Assembly: GCA_025603075.1 (NCBI GenBank)
Contig: MU626305.1
Span: 1 to 64,000 of the forward strand
Direction of reading: 5' to 3'
DNA from: Neoconidiobolus thromboides FSU 785
Taxonomy: Eukaryota > Fungi > Entomophthoromycota
Length of the DNA stretch: 64,000 bases
Made by a program: the position numbers and the translations under genes. The notes below the pieces were generated by a model, which saw only the letters and a program-made list of their open reading frames with translations, made no database searches and was not told the origin of the DNA. Of this stretch, positions 35,533-47,742 are shown in pieces (the first letter of the stretch is position 1; each line of letters opens with the position of its first letter).

Positions 35533-37848
35533 ATGAGTACTCAACTTGAAAAAACATTTACAATATTAATTGACAATTATGATAGTTTTACTTGGAACAT
35601 ATATGAATATTTGGGCTCACTCGGTGCTCAAGTAAAAGTATATCGGAATGATCAAGTGACCTTATCTGAGCTTCAATCTTTACCCATAAAAAATATCGTG
35701 TTATCTCCAGGTCCTGGTTCGCCTAAAAGTAACTGTGGTATCAGTATGGAAGTTTTATCTTATTATCAAGGAAAATTACCTATCCTTGGTATTTGTCTGG
35801 GTATGCAATGTATGTATGAATATTATGGTGGTGAAGTGAAGCCAATTCATCAAATAGTACATGGAAAAACAAGTTCATTATATCATGATGGTAGTGGATT
35901 ATATCTTAATTTACCTCAATCGATTGAGGTAACAAGATATCATTCATTGGCTGGAATGAAAACTACATTATCTAAAGAATTGTTAATTACTAGTGGTACT
36001 AAAGATGGAATTATTCAAGGTATTCGACATGTAAAATATTGTATGGAAGGAGTACAATTTCATCCGGAGTCTGTACTTTCGCAATATGGTAAACAGATGC
36101 TTAAAAATTTTTTAAATTGGGAACATGGTACTTGGGAAGAAAATTCCATTAATATACCAAAAGAATCCATCTTATTATTTAATAATAAGGAGGATCAACA
36201 AGATGAAAAAGAAAATATTGAGAATAACAATACTGAAACTTCGAAAGAGACATCAACTTCAAGCATTCTATTAAAAATTGTTAATAAAAGAAGATTAGAT
36301 ATATTGCAAACTAGTTCTTTACCAGGTCAATCTATTGATAATTTGAAACAATTAATAAAACTCAATTGTGCTCCACCAGTGAAAGATTTTTATAATCATT
36401 TAAAACAAAATATTACCCAATTAGCTGTTTTAGCTGAAGTTAAAAGAGCATCACCAAGTAAAGGGGATATAGCTAAAGATATTAATGCAGTTGAACAATG
36501 TTTAAATTATGCTAAAAATGGAGCAGCAACAATATCAGTATTAACGGAACCTACTTGGTTTAAAGGTAGTTTATTGGATTTAAGTCAATGTCGACAAAGT
36601 TTAAATCAGATGATTAATCGACCATGTTTATTAAGAAAGGATTTTATAGTAGAGGATTACCAAGTCTATGAAAGTCGATTGAATGGGGCAGATACTTTAT
36701 TGTTAATTGTAGCTATATTAAGTAAAAAAATGTTAATCCAGTTATTAAATTTAGCCCGATCACTTGGTATGGAACCTTTAGTGGAAGTCAATAATGAAGA
36801 TGAAATGAAAATTGCTTTAGATGTTGGAGCTAAAATTATTGGGGTTAATAATCGAAATTTACATACTTTTAATGTGGATTTAAATACTACTAAAAAATTG
36901 GCCAAATTAATTAAACAAGATACGATTTTAATTGCTTTATCAGGTATTAGTAAAAAAGAAGATTTGGACTTATATCAAGGTTTAAATTTAAAAGGTGTTT
37001 TAGTAGGAGAAGCATTAATGAAATGCAATAATGTTCAACAATTGATTGAAGAGTTATCAGGTAAAGAGAAGACAATTGAACAAAACGTAATAGTAAATCA
37101 ACAAAATCAACCTAAAGTTAAGATTTGTGGTATTTTAAGTGAAGAAGCGGGTTTAACTGCAGCTAAAAATGGGGCGGATTTCATTGGGTTTATATTTGTA
37201 CCTGGTAGTAAACGACAAATTGATATTGAAAAAGCAAAATCAATTATTGATAAAATTCGACAAAATAGAAAATATAATGAAAGCAATAAAAATAACAATG
37301 ATGAATTATTAAAATCTAATAATACTTGGTATGAATATAGTAATTATTTAGTTGAATTAAATAAGAATAATATCGTTGGTGTATTTCAAAATCAATCTTT
37401 AGAAGAGATATTATCAATTGCTAATTATTTAAAATTAGATTTTATTCAATTACACGGCAATGAAGCTAATGAGTTTTCCAATTATTTACCTTATCCAGTT
37501 ATTAAATGTTTTCAAATTGATGAACAATTTAATTTATATCAATCTATATTAGCTACTAATTTACACCATTTACCTTTATTAGACGCTAAGTTAGATAAAA
37601 ATTCCGGTGGTTTAGGTATTAAATTTGATTGGAATTTAATTAAAAAATTAGATAAGGAAAACAAAGACAATAGTAATAAAATTAATATTATATTAGCTGG
37701 TGGTTTAAATCCAGATAATGTTATTGAAGCTATTCAACAAGTTAAGCCATTTGCTGTTGATGTTTCTAGTGGAGTGGAAACAGACGGAAAGAAAGATTTA
37801 AATAAAATTGCTGATTTCATTAAGAAGGTTAAGAGTGTGGAATATTAA
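35533..37848 (+). CDS. TRP1: Trifunctional anthranilate synthase component II / IGP synthase / PRA isomerase
   Basis: GATase (IDNYDSFTWN, SPGPG, GICLG, QFHPES), IGPS (AEVKRASPSKG, LRKDFI) and PRAI (VKICG, QLHGNE, LAGGLNP, DVSSGVE); intronless. Confidence 0.97.
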   Translation: MSTQLEKTFTILIDNYDSFTWNIYEYLGSLGAQVKVYRNDQVTLSELQSLPIKNIVLSPGPGSPKSNCGISMEVLSYYQGKLPILGICLGMQCMYEYYGGEVKPIHQIVHGKTSSLYHDGSGLYLNLPQSIEVTRYHSLAGMKTTLSKELLITSGTKDGIIQGIRHVKYCMEGVQFHPESVLSQYGKQMLKNFLNWEHGTWEENSINIPKESILLFNNKEDQQDEKENIENNNTETSKETSTSSILLKIVNKRRLDILQTSSLPGQSIDNLKQLIKLNCAPPVKDFYNHLKQNITQLAVLAEVKRASPSKGDIAKDINAVEQCLNYAKNGAATISVLTEPTWFKGSLLDLSQCRQSLNQMINRPCLLRKDFIVEDYQVYESRLNGADTLLLIVAILSKKMLIQLLNLARSLGMEPLVEVNNEDEMKIALDVGAKIIGVNNRNLHTFNVDLNTTKKLAKLIKQDTILIALSGISKKEDLDLYQGLNLKGVLVGEALMKCNNVQQLIEELSGKEKTIEQNVIVNQQNQPKVKICGILSEEAGLTAAKNGADFIGFIFVPGSKRQIDIEKAKSIIDKIRQNRKYNESNKNNNDELLKSNNTWYEYSNYLVELNKNNIVGVFQNQSLEEILSIANYLKLDFIQLHGNEANEFSNYLPYPVIKCFQIDEQFNLYQSILATNLHHLPLLDAKLDKNSGGLGIKFDWNLIKKLDKENKDNSNKINIILAGGLNPDNVIEAIQQVKPFAVDVSSGVETDGKKDLNKIADFIKKVKSVEY

Positions 37849-38762
37849 AAGATGACGTATAAGATAGCTTTTAATAAAAATAGTATAAACATGAAAGGTT
37901 GTTTTATGTTTTTTTATGAGTTGTACTAATTATTTTTAAGTTACTTGTGTATTTTATACTGTATTATCATTTTGATTATTACTATTATTTTATTTGATAT
38001 TCTTTTGATACTATAAATTAATACCTCGATCTTTTGATTTCATATCAATTTCTTCTACCTGATATACTCCCTCACTTAAATATATAGTTTCATAAGCTAT
38101 CTAAAATACCACTATTAAACTTCATTCTCGCCTTGAAATTACTTATCAACTATTGCCTACTTGTTACTTACCTGCTTCATTTTCAAAAATAATCCATCAC
38201 ACATACTCTTTCATTAACTAACCCTATAGAATATATTCAAAAATAATAATGAGTCATTTAATGTAACTTTTTTTCTTACCCAAATGTTAATAAATATATT
38301 CTTCCTATAAATTTTTACTATTTATTATAGAATATTATTAGTATACTAATTAAACTTATTTTTCAATCTTCCTTTTTATTAATTTAAAAATAGATTTTAT
38401 TATTCATTTTTGATTATCATTTAATTAACTTTGATAAAAGCTTTTATAATATTCTACAGTCAATTATGAATACTTAAAATGGGCTATAAGAAAACAAAAG
38501 TATATTAAAATGATCTCATCTTAATTTAATATCGTAAATATCTTAAAAACCATATATTAAAAGCACTATCAATATAGAATGATGAAACAATACATAACAT
38601 AAATAATAAATATCCTACCTGTCGTTCCTAAGTATAGCTTAAAGCTTAGAGCTCTTCTTTGGTTCCATCTCAACTAAAAAAGTATAATAAATATTAAAAC
38701 AATATTTTACGAAACTTATTTTATAAAACGGCTACAAATTTTATTGAACTTTAGAATAAAAA

Positions 38763-39530
38763 TTACAAACCGATTGGTACTGGCTTTCCTTGCTTAGCAT
38801 AACCATCATAATATTCAACTACTTTATCCCAATTAACTACATTCCACCACTGAGAAATATATTCTGGACGACGGTTTTGGTATTTAAGATAATAAGCATG
38901 TTCCCAAACATCTAATCCTAAGATTGGAATCAATTTGGTTTCAGCTACATCCATCAATGGGTTGTCTTGGTTAGCAGTGGAAGTGATTTCCAATTTACCA
39001 TCGGTATTAACACCTAACCAAGCCCAACCAGAGCCGAAGCGGGTAGCAGCAGCATTGTTGAATTTGGTTTTGAACTCATCAAAGGAACCAAAGGTTTCTT
39101 CAATTTTAGTTTTAAGCTAAAGCAAATGTTATCAATATTTTGTTATTTGCTAAAAATATATAATCTTACCTCACCAGTAGGAGTAGAGTTACTGGAACCA
39201 ACTGGAGCCATAAAAGTCCAAAATAAAGAGTGGTTATAATGACCACCACCTAAATAGGAAACACTTATTAGCAACTCATCCTTAATCAAAAAACAAAGAA
39301 ATGAAAATTTTACCATTATTACGTACACCAGTGCCAAGTACACCAACTTGTTTTTGTACACTAACAATATCTTCAAGGGATTGACCAGAAGATTGAGTTT
39401 TCAAAGCGTTATTAAGGTTATTAACGTAAGCGTTATGATGTAAGTCATGGTGAACTTGCATGGTCTTAGCATCAATATATGGCTCAAGAGCGCTATAATC
39501 ATATGGTAAATCAGGTAAAGTGTAACTCAT
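38763..39530 (-). CDS. Manganese superoxide dismutase without an obvious mitochondrial presequence
   Basis: [27 protein letters not shown] (spliced), [21 protein letters not shown]; two introns. Confidence 0.95.
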
Positions 39531-39635
39531 TTTTTTTAACTTTGTTGTTGAATAGAAAAATTAATGAATAAAGTTGAAATTGATAAGTTTATATACTTTT
39601 CGATACTTATTTTGGATTTGCTGGATTTGTCAGCG

Positions 39636-39642
39636 ATGACGT
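39636..39642. promoter_or_regulatory. CRE/ATF-like heptamer ATGACGT upstream of SOD
   Basis: Seen ~105 bp upstream of the ATG; a CCAAT lies at ~39699. Confidence 0.3.
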
Positions 39643-40502
39643 TTTTGACTATATAGATTTACTTTGGAATCAAATCGCTTAAATTGATGCCTTTTGAGCC
39701 AATGGAGTTCACTGTAATTTGAATTTTGAAATGCTTTATTCGTTATTCGTTTTTATTTCTAATTTTATGATTTCAATATTATAGCTAATACATAATTTTA
39801 TATTATGACTTACTTACTATAATTTCTATTTATAATAATAAAATAATAGTAAAAACCATTTTGAGATTATAGCTTTTACTAAAATAATACATATATAAGC
39901 TATATTTAAAATAAGGGCAAAAGAGTACTAAATTTCTTCAGCTTAATTTAAATTGAAATCTTAAAGTAAAGATTACTTATTTTTGTATTTTTTATAATTA
40001 TTTAATAAAAGATATTTTTATTAACTAAAAAGGTTATTTAAAAAGCAAAAATCAATAAACATTAATTTGAGTATATTAGTTTTAGTATAAAATTAAATAA
40101 CATATAAAAAATATTATAATATAAATAATATAAATATAAATATAAAAGTTTTAAAATTTCAAATTAATATTATCAATTAGTTAAATTTTATTAAATACAA
40201 GAAATATATTTTAAAAGTATATTTAATAATTAGCAAAATTTTGTTATTATTATTTGAAGTTGTTTTAATTATAATTAATAAATTTATTAATACTAAAAGC
40301 AATATATAACAACGTATTTTTGTTTAAATTATATTTAAAAAATAAAAAGTGATAGAACTAAAAAAACCTTTTTATACAATTATAAATTATTTAATAAAAT
40401 AATTCTGAAATCATAAACTATTGTACTATAATGTTTACTTATTATTCTATTATTTAGTGCATTATTATATATTCTTACATTTATATTAATTTGTTTTTAA
40501 TA

Positions 40503-40701
40503 AAAAAATACATCCCCATATAATGAATTCTTTTTAAAAAGCACTAATACTAATTAAATATCAGAAGTTACAAAAGTTATTTAATTACTTTAAAAATCTA
40601 TATACTTAAGTTATTTTATATTTACAAACAGTATTTAAAAGTTCAAACTTTACTATTATATTATTTTTTGTATTAAAATTCTTAAAGAATACAACCTCAT
40701 A
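40503..40701 (-). repeat. Two degenerate terminal fragments of the MITE-like repeat
   Basis: AAAAAATACATCCCCATAT (40503-40521) and TAAAATTCTTAAAGAATACAACCTCATAT (~40672-40701). Confidence 0.5.
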
Positions 40702-41255
40702 TGTAAAAACTACAAGTATATAGAAAATGATTTATGCTATTAATTATATCTCTGAAATTTATTATTTAAAAATTAAAAATATTAAAGTTAATAAAAAAAC
40801 TCAATAAAAAAAATTATAACATGATAAACTTAAAAAACTAATAAAATAATAGAAACATTAGTCAAACTATTTTTATCTGACAATATTAAAACTACACTTA
40901 CATCCTTTTGAAAAATGTGTAAAGCTCTGAGGGATAGCAATTATAAGCAAAAAAAACTTACAAAAACTTAATAAGATAATATAAATTTCTAATCTTAGTG
41001 CTTTAAGTATTTTTTCAAAGGTGTAATTTAATAAAAAGATCATTTTAATTTCAGCTTGTGATCCAAAATAAATTTTGTACTTTAAACCAATAATATATCT
41101 AATTTGTAGTATGCTATAGGTAATATTGAAGCCAGAAACAATATCATACCAATTATTCCATTTAGAATGACAGTTAAAATGGACAATAATTATTTTTGTA
41201 TAATATTCAATTATTAAACTAAAAAAAGAATCTAAACTGGGTTTGTTAAATAAAA

Positions 41256-42753
41256 ATGAGTACGTTAAATAGTCCAACAAATAATGAGCGTAATAACATA
41301 GAGGATAGTGAAGTGACTAGTACATTAATTATTACAGTAGATGATAAAGCAAATAACAATGTGGAAAATACAGAAAAAGATAAGGTAAGTGATGAGGCAT
41401 TGAAATCAGTAGAGAGCATAAAAGATAATAGAGAAAATGGCATAGCAGAGAAAAAGGCAGATGATGCAGAACTTGGTTTAGAAAGATATATATCAAATGA
41501 TGATTCAGCTGAGATATCTGTTGAATCAGATGTTATATCCCTTGATATATCAGATGACGATGAAACAAGCGAATCTGATACCAAAGCAACAAACCTCGAA
41601 AAAATGAAACAAATTAAGGAATCATTCAGTAAATTTTGCGATGAAAAAAGGAAAGAGTTTAGGAAAGAAAGTGAAGAAGAATTAAACAAATGGAAGAATA
41701 AATGCAGAGAATTCAAAAGTATCTGATTTATATTTAATTAAAAATAAGCTAATTCAAATTAGAAATCAGTGATGAGCAAATAGAAGCTATTAACATACTA
41801 AAGCCCAAAATAGAACATGTTGAACATGGTAAATTAATTTACTAATATTAGAGTTATTATGTTTATTATCTAGAATATAAAATTTCATTGGAAAGACAGA
41901 GGGAAGAAAATAAGAAACGAGAGAGGTTTATTTCTGTAGAAAAGGATCAGGAGGAAGAGATATCCAAACGACAGAAAGCCATAGGTCATCTTGTCTCTTC
42001 ACTTGAAGTTAAAAAAAAGGGTAAGTAAATTATATCTATTAAACTAGTTTTTAACAATTTTTTTCAGAACTTGAGCGTAAAAGAGCAACATCAACTAATC
42101 AAATGGAATTGAATAGACTACAAGTTACACTTTATGAACAAATATTAAAATTTAAAATTGGCACGGATGAAAGCCATCATACAACTTTCACATTCACGCA
42201 TGTAAGTAGAAGACTTCCGGAACGTGAGTTTAAATTTGCACTAGATGCTACATATGAAAAATATACTCGTAATGATTATTTTTAATAAATTTTAAAGGTT
42301 GATTTATTTTTAGTCATCTATTGTGAGCCTGTAATTCCAAGTGGTAAACAATTTGAGAAGGAATTAAATAAAGATCGAGATCTTATTCTATTTATTAAAA
42401 AGATGCGCAGAGAATTTCGAAATCTTGCTACAGCAGAAGATATAAAGTTTGATTTGGAAAATGGTATCGCAAAACAAAAGGGAGTTATAATAGAAAAGAA
42501 TATTATAACAGAAGGTGATTTAACGAAATCAATAGATGGTAATGCTGAGCCTAAGCCCTCACTACACGATAAATCAGTGCTAAATCTTATGAAAATACTG
42601 GCACTAAAAAGGCGATTAGATGATGATTGCCTTAAACTTTCGACAAACTCAAGAGGGCAAGATTTTGAAAAAATTCAATCAACTTTGTCAAATTTAAATA
42701 AATCGGATGGTGAGGCTTCTAAAATTGCAGAAGAAAAAGAATCAGAATCTTAA
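41256..42753 (+). CDS. SPC25: Kinetochore Spc25-like protein with acidic N-terminal and ~100-aa C-terminal extensions
   Basis: Five exons; a coiled coil followed by the RWD-type signature FTFTHV...PEREFKFALD...Y|.IYCEP...ELNKDRDLILFIKKMRREF. Confidence 0.8.
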
Positions 42754-42927
42754 GCTAGTATGGGTGATTCAAATTCAACTAAGTAAAAGCAACAATTTAA
42801 TTCAAACTATTATTAGTTCATAGCTTGTTTAAATAATAAATGATATTTAGCTTAAGTTATGATAATAACTATACTTTTTAAACAACAAATAAGTTTATCA
42901 AATAAAATTAAAACTCACAGCTTTTTT

Positions 42928-43033
42928 ATATGGGGATGTATTTTTGTGTTTAAGAGTTTTACTAACAAATTTTCCGCCTAAATAGCGCTTAAAAGATAGA
43001 AAAAATAATGAAGTCAAAAAAACACTCCCATGT
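42928..43033 (+). mobile_element. MITE-like repeat copy (well-conserved subfamily), 13 bp past the stop of the adjacent orphan gene
   Basis: ATATGGGGATGTATTTTTGTG...AAAAAAACACTCCCATGT. Confidence 0.92.
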
Positions 43034-43046
43034 ATTGAATTTTATT

Positions 43047-45111
43047 TTAAACATGAAGCATTAAAGCTTGACTTAATAAATTAATGTTTTTTGCTATGAC
43101 TTCTAGCTGTTTCCTTAAGTTTTCTAATTCCTTGTAAGCTTTAGTAACTGCAGCTTGCTTTTCCATATAAACTTGCGGATCATTAGAGCCTGGACAAAGT
43201 TTAATAGCTAATGCATGTATTTCCTTATCTTCTTTTAATTCACCATAAACTATAGAATCTTTCTTCAATTTTTTGCGCAAGTTTAGATATTCGGAATCTA
43301 ATTCTTTAGCTACCTTACCAATCATACTATAAGATAGCCTTATAATCGGGTTTGATGAATCATCTGGTATTAAAATACTATCATCTTTCATAACACTCTC
43401 ATTTATTGGACTCTTTTCCACCTCCCCTAGTATCATATCGGCCTTATCTCCCACTAGCTTGTTAATACATTCATAGAATTTTTCATCGTTATTCAAGCGC
43501 TTTACTGTAAGCTTTACAATCATGTCACCATCCTCTGGTTGTTCCTCACGATTATCCTTTCCAATCACTACTTTTCTAGAAAGCTTATAATAATATCGAG
43601 TTAATTTACATATTTGCTTGGAAATGTCATAGACTTCATCTAGTCTACCTTCCTTGATTTGATTAGCTTGATTACTTTTTAACACAATCTTACTCCCTTG
43701 TGATCGGAAGCTTATCTCACCCTTTCTTTCTAAATCGTAGTCAGTTTCGCTTTTTTGATAATCTTCGTGACTTTCACCAGTTTTGTTATGTTCTACTAGT
43801 ACTTTGTTTCTTTGTGTTTGAAGCTTTGGTTTGATCTCTTTTCCTTGATTATACTTAACTTCTTCACCTCGATATTCTTCTTCACTTTCACTAGACTCAT
43901 TTTTCTGTATTGGTACTTTATAAGCTTTCCTATTCAAGTTGACTTCTGCCATTCTCTCACAAATTGAATCATTATCACTGGGACTCGTCATTGTAGTACT
44001 AGTAATTTTATAATCCATTTTATAAAAAGCCTTTGGATCGAAACGTTTAAAATTTGAATCAAATAGTGGCATTACATTACTTCTAATGTTTTTTGGACTA
44101 GACATTTGATTACGCATCTTATTAGGAATTATTAATACGCTCACTTGCCAGCAACAATACTATTAAAATTTACCTTTAAATGATATTCTTGATAGCTGGG
44201 ATGAGATCTTGGTAAATTTTGATCTAAATAACAACCAATGCTGTCTTGATTTAAATAGTGGCCGTCGTCCCTTTGATTGAAATAATAATCAATATCATTT
44301 TGATCTAAATAATAGTCATCACCCTCTTTGTTTAAGTAAAAGTCAACATCATTTTGATCTAAATAACAAACTCTATCATTCTGGTCTAAATAACAACCAA
44401 TGTCATTTTGACCATCAACATTTCTTCCTTTTTTATTAGAAATTTGAAATATACCTTCATAAACGTTGTTATTATAATAAATAGCTTCGTCGAATTTATC
44501 TTGAATTTTTGCATCACAATGTTGTTCTAAAAAAGAGGCATTATGTTTCATATGATATTGGTGACTTATATCTTCATTACAATACATACTACTAGCTGTA
44601 CTTATTAAGTTTATTTTAAATTCATCATTGTCTTCGAAATCTAAATTAGGATTATGTACACCTTCCGGCTGTTGATCATGATCACCAAAACGTTCATTAA
44701 TAGAACCTTCGAGCCAATCGCCCATAGCCTACACAATAAAAAATTAATAACTAAATAGTTAGTTTTTAATAAACATACTTCAGAATCAATAGATTTAATA
44801 TCCTCATAATAATCATCTTCATTATACTGTTTGTCATTAATATTTGGGCTCCTTAGATAAGGATCACAATTGACTGATTTCTTTCTTTCTCTTTTATTGT
44901 TTAAGGCTTGCAATTTAGACTCAAATTTTGATTTTTGATTTTTATTTATTGCTATATTGGAAAGTTGCTTAATTTTTTGTAAACTATTAAAAATATCAAT
45001 ATAATTTGCTTTATTATCACTCCTCCTTACTTCATTCTCGTTGCGAAATTGCTCTTCGTTTATTTCTTTAGCGTTGTACTTCTTTATAGCTGGTTCATAA
45101 TTATAATCCAT
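43047..45111 (-). CDS. ~650-aa orphan protein with 9-aa tandem repeats (three track ORFs joined by two introns)
   Basis: Introns 44729-44778 (GTATGT..TAG) and 44118-44173 (GTAAAT..AAG) join 44641-45111, 44141-44725 and 43047-44144 in frame. Confidence 0.75.
44217..44405 (-). repeat. Coding minisatellite, 7 x 27 bp (xYLDQNDxx)
   Basis: Units at a 27-bp period: CYLDQNDRV, CYLDQNDVD, FYLNKEGDD, YYLDQNDID, YYFNQRDDG, HYLNQDSIG, CYLDQN. Confidence 0.85.
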
Positions 45112-45738
45112 TCAAACTAAAAAATGTCATATAAATTTAATAAATTGTTGCTAAATTTTAATAAAATTAACCAATGATTTAAATCACCCTTTCAACAAGG
45201 TATTGGCATATACTTGAATGAGCGGAAGGTTATAGTAGTCTGAATAGTTAGAACAAGTTATTCATCTTGCCTTAGCTATTTATTCACTTATACCAATATC
45301 ATTACTCTTTTGACTTGTCAAGATAACGTTCAATATTACCAACAAAAAGAGTACAAAATCTTTAAATTTATTTTTTAGTTTCATTTTATAAAAAAGTTTC
45401 TCCTAATTTTTTATTAAATTAGTATTGGATAGATTTATAAACTATATAATATTCAAAAAAATATTAAATATTAAATTCTTTTGGCACTTTTTATTACTTG
45501 ATCATTAGCTTAAGATTTTTCTTATCGTTTTTATAATCTTAAAAAAAATGTTAGCAAGTAATGTTACAATAAACTTAATAAATGTTATTTAACTCAATTT
45601 TGAGTGTTATTTTAAATATTTCCAATTTATTAAAAACCATAAATCACTTTTCGTTTAGCCAATCATAATAAAAGGAGTGTGAAATAGAAAATAAATATGA
45701 CAAAAACAAACTTTTAACTTTCAGTTTAAATAATAAAG

Positions 45739-47501
45739 ATGGCAGAACCTACCAAAGTAGAAATAGCAGAGTTCTTTAAAAAGGCTCAAAGCAAAAGAGA
45801 AAATAAGGTAGTGCTAGTATACAGTTTTTTACGAAATAAAACTAAGTTAACACAAATAAAAAGGCATGTTTTGATTGTGGCAGTAAAAACCCAACCTGGT
45901 CAAGCGTAACGTTTGGAATTTATTTGTGTTTAGACTGTTCAGCCCACCATCGTAATATGGGAGTACATATCAGTTTTGTTAGGTAATAACTACATATAGC
46001 TCATTCATTTAGTTTATTTCTTACATTTTTAGATCTACAGCTTTAGACTCTTGGACTTGGGACCAGTTAAGAGTGATGAAGGTGGGTGGTAATGGGCCAT
46101 TTTATGAGTTTTTTAAAGCACATGGGGGGACCAATAAATACTCAGATGTAAAAGGAAAATACACTTCAAGGGTAGCAACTTTATACAAAGAAGCAATAGC
46201 TAAAAAGGTTAAAGAGGACGAAAAAGAGTAAGTCTTAAGTTATGTAAGTTGGTTAATAATAACAATTTATTAAGGACTCCACAAATACTTATAGATTTAA
46301 GTGAAAACGAAAAACCAAAACAAGAAGAAGATTTTTTTGATTCATGGGATAAAGATACTCCAAAAAAATCAATTACTACCTCCATTAAACCTAATAGCCG
46401 TACAGCTTCTAGTTCAACTTCTCGTTTGGGTATGGGAGGTATAAAGTCAAATACTACTACTAGTCGACTTGGAGGTTTGGGAAAAAATAAGCCATTATCA
46501 ACCGGTAATTCAACGAACTCTAGTTCTAGAAATATAGGAGGAACCAAAATTGGTATTAAAAAAGTAACAGTAAATTTTGATGAAGCAGAAGCAAAAGCGA
46601 AGGAAGAAGCAGAACTTAAAGAAGCAGAGAGGTTGGCTAACAAACTTAAAATGGAATCAAGAAAGAAAGAGAGCGAAGAAAGTGAAACTCAACAATCAAA
46701 ACCTGATAATTCAGGTGGTAAAAAGGCCATCTCATCTAGACTAATGTATTCTGGTGTCTCAAATACTAAGAGCGAATCTTCAACTACTTCTAAGCCTGGT
46801 TCAAGACGTTTAGGAGGCTTTGGCGCTACTTCTGGAACTAAATTGGGTGCCACTTCAAGTATTAAAAGTGGTACAAGGTAGGTTTGTAAAATTATCTTAA
46901 AGAAATGGATTAAAATCAATAGGCTTGGTGCATTTGGAACGAAATCTGTAAGTAGTAATAGTCACGATGATGATGGTAAATTAGAATAAACTTTATATTA
47001 CATTAGTACTAAATATTTTCAAAGGAGAAGCTCAAAGTAGATTTGGAGGTGCTAAATCATTATCATCCGATCAATACTTTAAAAGAGGGCATTATGATCC
47101 AGATGCAAATGCAGCGGAAAGAGAACGATTACAACAATTTGAAGGGTCTAGTGCACTTTCTTCAGATCAATACTTTGGTAGAAGCAGAGCAGATAGCGAT
47201 AACGAAAACAGCAATAACAATACCATAATGGATGACTTGAATTGTAATTAATAGCATTGATTGTTAAGATTCATATTAAATAATATTCTTTTAGTGGATT
47301 TAGGGAATTTAGAAGTATCAGCTAAACAATTAGCTAGTAAAATATTATCACAAACTAATGTGGATATAGATACTGTTAAAGACGCTATTCAAAATGGTAC
47401 TCAAAAGTTAAGTGATGTTTTTGAGGGCTTAAAGGTACTTTATTAGGACTAATCTTATATATTTATTAATATATTCTTATTAGAATCAATATGGCTATTG
47501 A
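45739..47501 (+). CDS. GLO3: ARF GTPase-activating protein, Glo3/ARFGAP2-3 type
   Basis: [39 protein letters not shown]; C-terminal [13 protein letters not shown] and [10 protein letters not shown] motifs. Confidence 0.92.
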
Positions 47502-47742
47502 TTTTATTATTGTTATTATTAAATTTATAATTTTTTAATCGTTATGATTTTTATTTTATACTTAATACATTTACATAAATTTATAAATTTATAGTACTAT
47601 CTTATATTTTAGTTCATATTGTAGAAACTTTAAAATCAACCAATTACCTTTTAACAGTCATTAATTTCCGTCATCCAAAAAATAATTTGATTACCGTAAA
47701 AAGCATATAAATGCCAGTTGAATTAAAAAACATTTTATTAAA

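Noticed and set aside
39682-39720. ATCGCTT...GCCTTTTG resembling the U2 snRNA 5' end
   Set aside because: Spacing is wrong and the invariant branch-pairing GTGTAGTA is absent; it lies in the SOD promoter.
44141-44144. GTGA stop/start overlap suggesting translational coupling or an operon of three ORFs
   Set aside because: Explained by canonical introns (44118-44173 and 44729-44778) that fuse the ORFs in frame; the GTG start is an artefact of the ORF caller.
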